Shown one piece after another: positions 52,552 to 62,228 of a DNA stretch of 64,000 bases; the stretch's first letter is position 1, and each line of letters starts with the position of its first letter. Origin of the DNA: Promethearchaeota archaeon (GTDB lineage Archaea; Asgardarchaeota; Lokiarchaeia; Sigyniarchaeales; SOKP01); assembly GCA_016840085.1 (NCBI GenBank), contig JAEOTA010000054.1:1-64000 (forward strand), read 5' to 3'. The notes under the pieces were generated by a model. That model searched no databases, was not told where the DNA came from, and was given only the letters and a program-made list of their open reading frames with translations. The position numbers were made by a program, and so were the translations under genes.

Positions 52552-53247
52552 TCACCCAGTTCTAGTTTGTAAACGAGTCATTCCATAATTCACTATAAAA
52601 GCTATTGAAATGAGAATTATACCCAGAGCAATTGCCATACCAAATTCACCCATCCGTGTTTGAAGCACAATTGAAGTTGTAAATGTTCTGGTATACCAAC
52701 GAATATTTCCTCCAACAATCATAACAGCACCAACCTCTGAAATAGCTTGACCAAAAGCGACTAGAAAACCTGCTATTATGGATTTTTTGGAATCCTTTAT
52801 CAACTCCCACCATAGCTGCCGTTCATTTGCACCTAAAGATAAAATCGTTTCCTTTAATATAGGATCTATGCTTTCAATAGCAGCTTTAGCAGTACCAGTG
52901 ATGATTGGTACAGCAAGAAGAATTTGAGCAACGATCATAGCTGATGTTGAATAGAGTAAACCTAATTCGCCAAATGGTCCACTCCTTGACAATAACAAAA
53001 ACACAATCAATCCCATTACTACAGGGGGAAATCCCATAAATGTATTGATTAAGTTTGAAATACTTTTCTTACCGCGAAATTCACGTAATCCTATAAAAGA
53101 TCCAATTGGTAATGCAACTAATGCAGCAAGAAAAGTAGATGTTAAAGAAACACGAAAAGAAACCCAAATTACTCCCCATAATTCATTATCAAAAGTAATC
53201 ATTAATCGAAGAGCTTCTAAAATACCATCAATAATTTCATTTGACAT
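52552..53247 (-). CDS. tupB: Tungstate ABC transporter permease
   Basis: MGFPPVVMGL, LSRSGPFG, SEVGAVMIVGGNI..TRT. Confidence 0.92.
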   Translation of the reverse strand: MSNEIIDGILEALRLMITFDNELWGVIWVSFRVSLTSTFLAALVALPIGSFIGLREFRGKKSISNLINTFMGFPPVVMGLIVFLLLSRSGPFGELGLLYSTSAMIVAQILLAVPIITGTAKAAIESIDPILKETILSLGANERQLWWELIKDSKKSIIAGFLVAFGQAISEVGAVMIVGGNIRWYTRTFTTSIVLQTRMGEFGMAIALGIILISIAFIVNYGMTRLQTRTG

Positions 53248-53324
53248 ATCAATCCACCATAATCACATGAGCCATATTTAAAGAAATAAAAAAAATTTAT
53301 TTTATTATCAGTTATTCTTAAAAA

Positions 53325-54353
53325 CTATATCGAAAGGTCTGCAAACTCACTCTGATATTCCGTCCAAAAATTGATTTCTTCAGCAGTTGTAGGACAATCG
53401 TGTGTTTCATTACAAATCCCAAAGCTAGGATGGAATAAAATTGCATTATTTTTTCTATATGTTCCTATTAAAATTTGACCATATTCAGAGGTTAAGAATC
53501 CACCAAATCTTAACACTGCTTTATACTTAACATGAGAATGCAAATCCGGATTAACAGGGATAAAACCATAGGGATTTAATAAATAATCCTCTCCTGCAAC
53601 AGATTCGGCTAAAATATTTAAAGTTGTATATGTATCATTAAAAGAAAGCCATGTTCCTCTGTCTACTAATGTGTATCCTTTATGAGCATCATTAACGTCC
53701 TGATAAGTCATTAGAAGTGTAGATCCCATTCCTTGACCTGTTTCTGTATATTTATCAGAGTCTTCAGACCAATAAGTATCTGGAGTTACACCAATAAGAG
53801 CCCAAAGAGATATCTCTTTAGAATGTGTTCCAGAGCCATCTCCTCTTGAATAAAAGGTAGTCTTTCCAGCATCCATAGCATCTTTTAATTTTGTTATCAC
53901 ATCAGTAATATTATCTCCTGGTTTTAAATTAGCAGGATTTGAACTGTGTCCAACAAAAATGAAATCATTATACATTATGCATGCTCTATGAACCCCATAA
54001 GGTATTTGGCTTCCAGTATCATTAACAAAAGCATCTTCTCTTGGTCTTGAGTGAACAAGAATAACATCAGCATCGCCACTTTGTCCATATGCTATTGCTT
54101 GTCCAGTTCCAACCGATAATATTTTAATCTCTATTCCTGTTTGTTCTGTAAATTTTGGAAGCAGATAATCTAATAATCCCGAATCATAGGTAGAAGTTGT
54201 TGTCGCTAAAGTTATTCGTTTTGGGCTTTGAGCAGTAAAATAATCAATTGCAAAATATGTCCCTACTGATCCCCCCGCAATAATTATAAGTGCTAAAACA
54301 ATAGCTGTTCTATGTTCATTTAGTACATTTTTTAATGGTGACATTTTTTCCAA
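53325..54353 (-). CDS. tupA: Tungstate-binding protein
   Basis: LATTTSTYDSGLL (TTTS motif), VGTGQA, SRGDGSGTH, DRGTW; N-terminal membrane anchor. Confidence 0.93.
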   Translation of the reverse strand: MEKMSPLKNVLNEHRTAIVLALIIIAGGSVGTYFAIDYFTAQSPKRITLATTTSTYDSGLLDYLLPKFTEQTGIEIKILSVGTGQAIAYGQSGDADVILVHSRPREDAFVNDTGSQIPYGVHRACIMYNDFIFVGHSSNPANLKPGDNITDVITKLKDAMDAGKTTFYSRGDGSGTHSKEISLWALIGVTPDTYWSEDSDKYTETGQGMGSTLLMTYQDVNDAHKGYTLVDRGTWLSFNDTYTTLNILAESVAGEDYLLNPYGFIPVNPDLHSHVKYKAVLRFGGFLTSEYGQILIGTYRKNNAILFHPSFGICNETHDCPTTAEEINFWTEYQSEFADLSI

Positions 54354-54371
54354 GTTTGTGATTCAATTTTA

Positions 54372-54398
54372 GCGATATGTTCATAGGAACACATCGAA
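54372..54398. promoter_or_regulatory. Dyad operator upstream of tupA (ModE-box-like)
   Basis: GCGATATGT-tcatagga-ACACATCGAA, downstream of a minus-strand BRE/TATA-like AAAACTTTTTAAG. Confidence 0.75.
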
Positions 54399-54502
54399 CG
54401 ATAGGAATTAAAATAAATATCTCTTAAAAAAGTTTTCCTATCAAAATTGAATATGTAAAAATAAATTCTTTCTAGACTTCTTTCAATATATTTAATATGC
54501 CC

Positions 54503-55048
54503 TTATTTTTCCATCAAGAATTCTTTTGGAATTTCTTGGCCTAATCCTGCTTCTTTAAATTTCTGACCATTGTCAACGTAAATGTTGTACCCCCATTCTC
54601 CCATTCTGATAGTAGGATACGCTTTTTTTTTAATAGCAGGAACACCAGCATAAAGACAATTGTCTTCAGTTTTTCCCTTAAGAACAGAACCGCCAGCCAC
54701 AATAACTCCCTTCCCTACTTTTGAATTATGTAGAACAGTTGCCCCCATTCCTATCAATGTTGAATCTCCAATAGTTGCAGGACCATGTACTATACATAAA
54801 TGCCCTAGCGTGACATTTTTCCCTATCTTACATAGCGCGTTCACTGTAGAATGGATTACACAATTTTCTTGGATACTAGTGTTTTCTCCTACAATAATCT
54901 TACCCCAATCGCCTCGAATTTTTGCCCCAAACCATATATTGACGTAAGCACCAATTTCTACATCTCCTATAATTACAGCATCCTTGGCAATAAAAGCAGT
55001 GGGATGAATTCTGGGAGTTGTTCCGTTAAATGGGGATGCAACAATCAT
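54503..55048 (-). CDS. Gamma-carbonic anhydrase family (hexapeptide repeat) protein
   Basis: IIGDVEIG, IWFGAKIRGD, IQENCVIH, GHLCIVHG. Confidence 0.9.
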   Translation of the reverse strand: MIVASPFNGTTPRIHPTAFIAKDAVIIGDVEIGAYVNIWFGAKIRGDWGKIIVGENTSIQENCVIHSTVNALCKIGKNVTLGHLCIVHGPATIGDSTLIGMGATVLHNSKVGKGVIVAGGSVLKGKTEDNCLYAGVPAIKKKAYPTIRMGEWGYNIYVDNGQKFKEAGLGQEIPKEFLMEK

Positions 55049-55169
55049 TTGTCTAATTCAAACTTTAGATGAAAATAGGTTGATTTGTAAAGATTCAAAA
55101 ATTATTTAAGATTTTTGGATAAAACTAATAATTCTCGATTTGAAAAAGAAGTTCTTTTCAACCTTTTAT

Positions 55170-55362
55170 ATAGAACTAAGATATGTTAATCACTAAGAAG
55201 AGCTACAGAAATAATCATAGAACCAAACATTAAAATCAATAATAAGAAACTAAATGAAAAACATAAGAGCTCTTGAGTGTCATGACAAATAGAAGACACA
55301 AGTATAAACAATATAGTGGAAATAATAAACACAAGATATGATATAGTAGTTTTATACTTCAT
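55170..55362 (-). pseudogene. Decayed small membrane protein remnant
   Basis: MKYKTTISYLVFIISTILFILVSS..., then a hydrophobic stretch continues in another frame. Confidence 0.25.
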
Positions 55363-55447
55363 TAGATTAGAATATCCCTTTACTCTATTAAGGTTTTCTT
55401 TATAAGAATATAAAGTATTAATATTAATAGTTAATTTATGACTAAAT

Positions 55448-55924
55448 TTAGAAATTCTTCTTTTTTACCATATGAGCCATTTCAAAAGACATTATAAATT
55501 CCTTTGATAAATCTGGATTTATTTTATTGACTTTGAATAATAAGATCAATATACCTCGGTCAGAATAAGTTTCTGACTCCTCTTTTTTAAGGATTTTAAT
55601 TTCTGCTTCTATGGTGTCGTTAACTCTAAGTGATGATTTAAATTTCAGATCTTGAACCCCTAGTAATGCAATAACAGTCTTCTCATAAAGTCCTAGTTTT
55701 AAAAAAAGACCTATTGCTAAAGGAATAATAAAGGGTCCTGGAAAAACTGGTGTTTTATAGGGCATTTCTTTAGTAGTATAAATTTCATCAAAAAACATTG
55801 ATAAATTAAACCAACATAAATTACAAAAGTCTAGTAAGTCTGCTTCTCTTAAAGTCCTTCTCGAAGAAATAAATGTTTGACTCTCAGCAAATTCCTCAAA
55901 AAATTTACCTCTTTGTTCAGAAAT
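55448..55924 (-). CDS. MaoC/hot-dog fold dehydratase (probable ATT start)
   Basis: Frame open 42 codons upstream of the track ORF: ISEQRGKFFEEF...SSRRTLREADLLDFCNL; GAGGT lies 7 nt before ATT. Confidence 0.8.
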   Translation of the reverse strand: MSEQRGKFFEEFAESQTFISSRRTLREADLLDFCNLCWFNLSMFFDEIYTTKEMPYKTPVFPGPFIIPLAIGLFLKLGLYEKTVIALLGVQDLKFKSSLRVNDTIEAEIKILKKEESETYSDRGILILLFKVNKINPDLSKEFIMSFEMAHMVKKKNF

Positions 55925-56069
55925 GTTAAAAACCTCAGACTATATTATTTTCTAATTAAAAGAATTAGATTTCAATTAATAAAAAACTTCACTGAAAAAA
56001 TTTTAGTGTAATTAGAAATTTTGTTTTTTATAGATAATTTTAAAAATGATGGCTTAGTGCTTAAAATAC

Positions 56070-56540
56070 ATGCGGGAACAATTTAATGAGAATAATAGTT
56101 TTAAAAATAACTATTGTGAAGTCAATGAGTATATTTCGATTCAAAGATATGAAAATGAATCGAAAATAACTATCTATGTAAGCAATGAGCCCTTAATCAC
56201 GATACCTAGTCCGAAGTTTCCATCATTTGAATATGCTCTCCAAGAAGTAAATGATAACTCAGCTCACCATATACTTATCCAAGATAATAACATTACAGAA
56301 ATCATTTTCCAGAAACTTATTCGGAATTTAGATATCTGGTCTAAAAACGATTATGACACTCAATTACTACACTATAAAATAGCGTTTCCACTATTAAAAA
56401 AATTGAGAGATGTAGGAAAGACAAAATTTCAAATTATCTTCCAACAAGAAATATTGAAGAGATATTCTACTAGTCCATTAGAAGTTAAAGATTTCTTGGA
56501 ACAGGAAGGATATTTGAAACTTATTGGAGATTTTTTTTGA
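56070..56540 (+). CDS. Hypothetical protein (Lokiarchaeal family with YDTxLLH...AFPLLKKL motif)
   Basis: NLDIWSKNDYDTQLLHYKIAFPLLKKL...FQQEILKRY; I recall this motif from an expanded Loki family often N-terminal to LRRs (not verified). Confidence 0.6.
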   Translation: MREQFNENNSFKNNYCEVNEYISIQRYENESKITIYVSNEPLITIPSPKFPSFEYALQEVNDNSAHHILIQDNNITEIIFQKLIRNLDIWSKNDYDTQLLHYKIAFPLLKKLRDVGKTKFQIIFQQEILKRYSTSPLEVKDFLEQEGYLKLIGDFF

Positions 56541-56668
56541 GAGAATCATAATATTCATCATTATCAATTATTGGATTTTTACTCACTCAGCAATAAGTTT
56601 TAATTAATAATTAAAAACCTTGTTTTTTAAAAAATAGAAAAAGAAATTAAAAATAATAGAAATCCAGT

Positions 56669-57397
56669 TTAGGGAAGAGTTACAGTGTTAGTATTTTCAT
56701 CAAGATTAAGAATTCCCTTAACGGCAAGTTGTTTTATGGTTCTAACAGCCATTATTGGAGGAACATCTAAGAGCTTTTTCAAGTCATCTAATTTTACTGA
56801 GCTTTTTTCCATGATAGTGGAGATTATATCAACCTCATGGATTTCTTCATCGGAATTCTCAATCAAGAATGATGTAAAGAAGTTCTCATGTCTCAATTGA
56901 TTAATTCGTTTTTCTAACTCATCCATTTTTTTCTGGTAAGCATTTCTTAATTCCACTTCTCTGTTTTCATTTTCAACTTTCTTTTGATCCAGTGAGGTTT
57001 TTTCTGTTTCTTTCGTGGCAATCTTCTCATTTATTCCTTCTAATTTGCTTTTCAGACTATCTAATTCAAACTGAGGAGTTTTAAGATCATTAATAGTAGT
57101 CTCCAAGGTATTAGTAAGTTCAGAAATTTTTGAAGTTAATTCATCTTTTTTTGCTTTTAGACCATTAATAGCAGTATCCAATTCTTCTGATTTTGTTCTT
57201 AATTCTGTTAATTCTGAATTTTGTGCCGATAAATTCTCCTTTATGCTATCTTCTTCTTTTTGTTCAGCTTGCATACAACGCCATGCTTCTTTTAATTGAG
57301 AAAGAACCTCTTCATTATGCTTTTGCAAAATTTGCCAGTAGGTATCATATGCAGTTTCAAATTGTTCAATTAATGATAGAATTTCTTGTGAACTCAT
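56669..57397 (-). CDS. Coiled-coil protein with C-terminal winged helix
   Basis: Heptads over aa ~10-170; VKLDDLKKLLDVPPIMAVRTIKQLAVKGILNLDENTNTV. Confidence 0.75.
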   Translation of the reverse strand: MSSQEILSLIEQFETAYDTYWQILQKHNEEVLSQLKEAWRCMQAEQKEEDSIKENLSAQNSELTELRTKSEELDTAINGLKAKKDELTSKISELTNTLETTINDLKTPQFELDSLKSKLEGINEKIATKETEKTSLDQKKVENENREVELRNAYQKKMDELEKRINQLRHENFFTSFLIENSDEEIHEVDIISTIMEKSSVKLDDLKKLLDVPPIMAVRTIKQLAVKGILNLDENTNTVTLP

Positions 57398-58143
57398 TAG
57401 AAATCCACCTCCTCAATTAACTTGACTGTTCCTGCTGCTTCGTCATATTCAATTGGTCCATTCTTTTGAACCATTTTCGCTAGTATATTTCTAAATACAT
57501 CTTCCCTCAAACCAGTTGCAGAAACTAAACCCTTTATTTCTAAGGTTGTTTGAGGCACTAATGAATTGATTACTTTTAATTGAGGTGATTGAATATATCC
57601 TGCTTTAATTAATGATTTCATAGCAGCTGCACGCATTGCGAATAAGTTACTGAATTTCTCTTTTTTGTCATATTCTTCTTGAAGTTGAGCTTCAAGTTCT
57701 GCCATCTGGTTATTGAATTTTTCTTGAACATCTGTTAATTCTGCAATTCTTTTTTCTAGTTCCTCTAAACGAGATGTACGAGTTGCCAATTCTTCTTTTT
57801 TCATAGTTATTTGTGCTTGGGTTTCATCTAATTCATTTTGTGTAGCTTGAATTTTATCAATAAGAGTTTTACGTTCATTGGTTAGTTCAGTATTGCTTTC
57901 CTCTAAGATTGTAATATCACGTTGATTCTGAGAAATCTTATTTTTTAATGAATTAATTTCATCATCATTAGATTCAATAGTTTTTAAATCATTAGCTTTA
58001 ATTTCTTCAAATCTCTGTATCTGTTCAAGTATAATAGTTGGTTGAGTTTTTAATTTAGGAACTGAATCTGAATTTAATCCATTTAACTCATCAATAATAG
58101 ATATTATTTTTTTAAGTGAGCTTTTTGTATCAGTAATACTCAA
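57397..58143 (-). CDS. Coiled-coil protein with C-terminal winged helix
   Basis: Heptads over aa ~40-175; LEIKGLVSATGLREDVFRNILAKMVQKNGPIEYDEAAGTV; TAATG overlap with the next gene. Confidence 0.75.
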   Translation of the reverse strand: MSITDTKSSLKKIISIIDELNGLNSDSVPKLKTQPTIILEQIQRFEEIKANDLKTIESNDDEINSLKNKISQNQRDITILEESNTELTNERKTLIDKIQATQNELDETQAQITMKKEELATRTSRLEELEKRIAELTDVQEKFNNQMAELEAQLQEEYDKKEKFSNLFAMRAAAMKSLIKAGYIQSPQLKVINSLVPQTTLEIKGLVSATGLREDVFRNILAKMVQKNGPIEYDEAAGTVKLIEEVDF

Positions 58144-58228
58144 TTTAATTCCACTTTTAAATAAGTTTTATAAAATAATAAAAGAATTTATACTTAAATT
58201 TTGATTTTTTAGAAACTTCAAAATAAGA

Positions 58229-59068
58229 TTAAATTTCTTTAGAAATATCCTCAATAAATTTAGCTTTACTAATCACTCCATAAGGAAGATTTCTTCTTTC
58301 TATCACTACGTTTAGATCTTCTATTATTTTTTCTGCTAAATAATTAAAATCAAATTGAAAAGATGAGCTTGTTTGATAATATTTTCTTAAAAAAATATTT
58401 ATTAAGTCAGTTTTATGTGTTGGTTCGTCCATTTCAAATATACCTGGCTCGGTATCAAGAAGGGAACAACAGATCCATGCCAAATCATCAATATGGCTTC
58501 CCTCATAAGCATCTTCAAAATCAACTCCATAAAGGGTGTCGCCTGAAAAATCCATAATAAAATCTCTTAGTCGAGTATCCCCTTTGTTTAATACAAAAAT
58601 CTCTGAAAACTCTTTTTTTCTTACAATATTTTTTTCATGTAACTGAGCAAGCCACTTAGCAAGGCTTTCAACACATTGTATCATCTTATTTCTTAAATTT
58701 GAATCGAGATCGTTTAATTTTTCAACTTTTATTAAATTTTCATTGATGAAATCACATAAATTAACGCCATTAACTTTTTCAAGTACCAAGTATGGAATTT
58801 TTAAAAGTAATATTTGTGGGACGTGAAAATTTTGATTTTTTAATCTAATAAGTATATTATATTCAATCGCAATGTTAGGCCTATTAAAAATTTTAACTAT
58901 TGACTCTTTAGGAAAGTTAAGTGGTTTTTTATCGAAATGTAGATTAAAAACGATATTTTTCTTACTTGGTAATTCAGTAATATTATAACTATAATTACGG
59001 TCTCCAAGTTCAGGGATACTTTCCTTTAAGTCTGCTATTGCTTTATTTACTAATTTTTGCGATTTCAT
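58229..59068 (-). CDS. Protein-kinase-like fold phosphotransferase (APH/RIO/Bud32-like)
   Basis: SKKN, IVKIF, EY..L, LVLEKV.G, WLAQLH, KGDTRLRDF, GVDFE, DLA. Confidence 0.75.
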   Translation of the reverse strand: MKSQKLVNKAIADLKESIPELGDRNYSYNITELPSKKNIVFNLHFDKKPLNFPKESIVKIFNRPNIAIEYNILIRLKNQNFHVPQILLLKIPYLVLEKVNGVNLCDFINENLIKVEKLNDLDSNLRNKMIQCVESLAKWLAQLHEKNIVRKKEFSEIFVLNKGDTRLRDFIMDFSGDTLYGVDFEDAYEGSHIDDLAWICCSLLDTEPGIFEMDEPTHKTDLINIFLRKYYQTSSSFQFDFNYLAEKIIEDLNVVIERRNLPYGVISKAKFIEDISKEI

Positions 59069-59118
59069 TTAGGTTTAATTATGTAATTCCTCTAAATTTG
59101 ATATCGTAATTCAAATAC

Positions 59119-59679
59119 TTAATTTTGCTGGTTTTTCTCTATTAAGTTTAAAATAATGTCTTTTATTTTAGAAAATTCTGGGATAACTACAATACCCTCC
59201 ATTTGTTTTAATCTTCTTATATTTTCAATTTCAATATCCCTAATCTTGAGAACTAAGGGGGACCCATCCGGTCTTGATGTTACTATTGGTTGTAAGTCTT
59301 GATCTGATGGAAAAACATGTACCTTCATACCGCCCTTAATTGCTTGAGCTACACAATTTGTAATTAGAGAATCTGCTATTCCGTATACTGTTTTTGCAAC
59401 AGAATTGGCTGAGACAGGGCAGACTAAAAACATATCATATTGCCCTAGTTGTAGAGGACCAGCATAAAATGGAATGTTGGGAGTTTTTTCTACTTTAACT
59501 TCTTTTACTACCTCGGTTAATGCTAACCATTTTTTATACCATTTAACAACAGCTGTTCCTTCTTTTGATAAAATCACAGTTAAATCTACATTATAATCTT
59601 CCTGCAATTCTTTCATTAAGTCTATTGATTCTTGAAGCACATATCCTGTACCTGTCATACCCCATATTAATTTAAACAA
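59119..59679 (-). CDS. Archaeoflavoprotein AfpA-like (HFCD flavoprotein family)
   Basis: WGMTGTG, LSKEG, PVSANSVAK..GIADSLITN. Confidence 0.82.
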   Translation of the reverse strand: MFKLIWGMTGTGYVLQESIDLMKELQEDYNVDLTVILSKEGTAVVKWYKKWLALTEVVKEVKVEKTPNIPFYAGPLQLGQYDMFLVCPVSANSVAKTVYGIADSLITNCVAQAIKGGMKVHVFPSDQDLQPIVTSRPDGSPLVLKIRDIEIENIRRLKQMEGIVVIPEFSKIKDIILNLIEKNQQN

Positions 59680-59808
59680 ACAAATCCCTTTTACTATTTA
59701 TTTTCTTATGATATTTATTATCTTTTTTCCCTAATAAGAAGAATTAATAATTTAAGCATAATAAATATTTAATGAGAATAATCTATAATTATAACTTTTA
59801 GATGGAAT

Positions 59809-61041
59809 ATGAATACTTCAAAATATATTTACCTTGATAATGCTGCAACTACACCAATGGATCCTCGAGTTATTGAAGAATTAAACAAACATTTTAAAGA
59901 TACTTATGGAAATTCCTCAAGTTTACACTCATTGGGCCAAAAAGCAGGTCAAATATTGTTGAAATCACGTGAAATAGTTGCATCATTAATCAATGCGAAT
60001 AGAGACGATGTTTTTTTTACATCTTCGGGAACAGAAGCTGATAACATCGCCATATTTGGTGTTACATCAAAAAATAAAGAAAGAGGTAATCATCTTATTA
60101 CTTCTTCTATTGAACATCATGCAGTGGAAAATCCATTTAAACAATTGGAAAAAAAAGGGTTTGATGTAACTTTTTTACCCGTTGATAAATACGGTCTAAT
60201 TGATGTTGTAGAGTTAGAGAATGTTATAACAGATAAAACTATACTAATTAGCATTATGTTTGCAAATAATGAAATTGGTACAATTGAGCCAGTAAAGGAA
60301 ATTGGAGTAATAGCAAAAAAACATGATGTTATATTTCATACAGATGCTGTTCAAGCTTTCGGGAAAGTTCCAATTGATGTAAATGATATGAACATTGATT
60401 TGCTCTCTGCCTCTGCCCATAAGCTTCATGGTCCTAAAGGAGTAGGGATGTTATATATTCGTAATAAAGGAGTAAGAAAGGGCTGGGGAAAATTTATTGA
60501 ACCAATTATGTTTGGCGGAGGTCATGAAAAAAACATAAGACCAAGCACTGTAAATGTTCCTGGAATTGCAGGTTTTGCAAAAGCAGTAGAGATTGCTAAG
60601 GAAGAAATGCCAAAAGAAATAGAAAGACAGACTAGATTGCGTGATACAATTATAAAATGGGTAATTGAAAATATTGAGGATTCTTTTCTTAATGGTCACC
60701 CAACTCTAAGACTTCCAAATAATATAAATTTAGGATTTAAATATATTGAGGGCGAATCAATCGTATTAGACTTAGATACTGAACGAATAGCTACTTCCAC
60801 GGGTTCTGCATGCTCCTCTGAATCATTAGAACCTTCGCATGTATTATTAGCAATAGGTCTAAGACCTAAGGACGCTCACGGTTCATTGAGGATATCATTA
60901 GGTAGATTTACAACTGAGGAAGATATAGATTATTTCTTAGAAAAATTACCCCATGTAATTGAAAGACTTAGAAAAATCTCTCCTCTTAAAAAGGGAGTTA
61001 AATATATGTTCGAAGAAAATCCTAAAAATTACCAACATTAA
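59809..61041 (+). CDS. iscS: Cysteine desulfurase (IscS/NifS)
   Basis: YLDNAATT, FTSSGTE, HTDAVQ, SAHKLHGPKG, STGSACSS, SLRISLGR. Confidence 0.95.
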   Translation: MNTSKYIYLDNAATTPMDPRVIEELNKHFKDTYGNSSSLHSLGQKAGQILLKSREIVASLINANRDDVFFTSSGTEADNIAIFGVTSKNKERGNHLITSSIEHHAVENPFKQLEKKGFDVTFLPVDKYGLIDVVELENVITDKTILISIMFANNEIGTIEPVKEIGVIAKKHDVIFHTDAVQAFGKVPIDVNDMNIDLLSASAHKLHGPKGVGMLYIRNKGVRKGWGKFIEPIMFGGGHEKNIRPSTVNVPGIAGFAKAVEIAKEEMPKEIERQTRLRDTIIKWVIENIEDSFLNGHPTLRLPNNINLGFKYIEGESIVLDLDTERIATSTGSACSSESLEPSHVLLAIGLRPKDAHGSLRISLGRFTTEEDIDYFLEKLPHVIERLRKISPLKKGVKYMFEENPKNYQH

Positions 61042-61097
61042 GTACTAAGATTATTTATTATATTTAACAAATATTAACTCTTAACTACTTCAATGTT

Positions 61098-61526
61098 TTA
61101 ACCATAAATTAGTGTTAAGAGAAATAAGAATCCAATTGATAAAATTACATGAATAATTGCAAATATAGCACCTACTTTTAATAGCCTTTTATAGTTTAGG
61201 TTTTCAACACTATTGTTCTGAGCTATTTTAAGTGTTAGCATATCGCATGCTGCTCCTTGGGGAATTAAATTTCCTCCAATATTTATTCCAATTATAAATG
61301 CAAAGAATAAAGGAATTGAGGGGAAATTAAATCCTTCTATTAGTAATCCGACTATTGGGATAAAAATTAAGGCTGTTGGAGTGTTTGCTACAAAGCCAGA
61401 TATTAAACTAACAATAATTAAAATAATTAAACTTACTAGAAATGGATTTAGCACTTGAAATGGTATTCCCTTAAAAAGGTCTTCAAAACCAGCTTCTAAA
61501 AGACAACCTATAACAACATATAATGA
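61098..61526 (-). pseudogene. C-terminal fragment of an SLC13/ArsB/NhaD-type transporter
   Basis: SLYVVIGCLLEAG...SGFVANTP...NIGGNLIPQGAACD; only the last ~4-5 TMs present. Confidence 0.7.
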
Positions 61527-61565
61527 ATTTCTTAAAAAAATAAAACCTATTTTGCTGTTCTATTA

Positions 61566-62153
61566 ATGGGTGAAAATCCTTCTTTAAATCTACATCAAAA
61601 TCAAGTAAATAATACATTAGAACATTCCTTCTCTTTTTTGAAAAATGATTTGGTAATTTTTGATTTTGATAGATGTTTGATTATTGATCCAAATTGTGAT
61701 TATGAAGATATATTACTAATTACTGAAATTGCAAATTATCAATTACTTGAATTACGTGCGTTAGATTATTTATTAGATAAAAGATTAACTCTAGCTGAAG
61801 GTGATATACATAAAATTTACTTTAAAAGTCGTGGTATATTGAAAAGATTAAAGAAAAGGGTTAGAAATTTGCTCAGATTACGTCATGATTTTATATTTTT
61901 ATTAAAAAATATCGAAAATGTTTCAAAACTAATTGGTGATTATTATTTATCTCAAAATTATACATGTTTAGCAAATTTATTTCAATTGAAACAATGGAGT
62001 GATAGTATTCGTCATCGTATTGAGACTTTAGGTGATATCTATAATATTGCTCAAACAAATATACATAAAAAATTTCTGCTTTACTACCAGATTTTATTAA
62101 GTTTTGTATTTATAATGGAATTTGTGTTTTTAATTCTAGATTTTTTCAAATAA
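61566..62153 (+). CDS. Probably 5'-truncated DUF155/CorA-like helical protein with C-terminal TM
   Basis: EIANYQLLELRALDYLLD, IENVSKLIGDYYL, C-terminal hydrophobic helix. Confidence 0.5.
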   Translation: MGENPSLNLHQNQVNNTLEHSFSFLKNDLVIFDFDRCLIIDPNCDYEDILLITEIANYQLLELRALDYLLDKRLTLAEGDIHKIYFKSRGILKRLKKRVRNLLRLRHDFIFLLKNIENVSKLIGDYYLSQNYTCLANLFQLKQWSDSIRHRIETLGDIYNIAQTNIHKKFLLYYQILLSFVFIMEFVFLILDFFK

Positions 62154-62228
62154 ATTAAAGAGATTAAAACTAAAATAGAATTTTAGAAAATTCAAATTTA
62201 TTAATTGAATAATCTAAGTTTCTGTTTT

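Noticed and set aside
7101-60699. Numerous short ORFs overlapping longer genes (e.g. 7101..7544, 25226..25711, 31267..31701, 46088..46552)
   Set aside because: Antisense or alternate-frame shadows of well-supported genes, with no recognisable motifs
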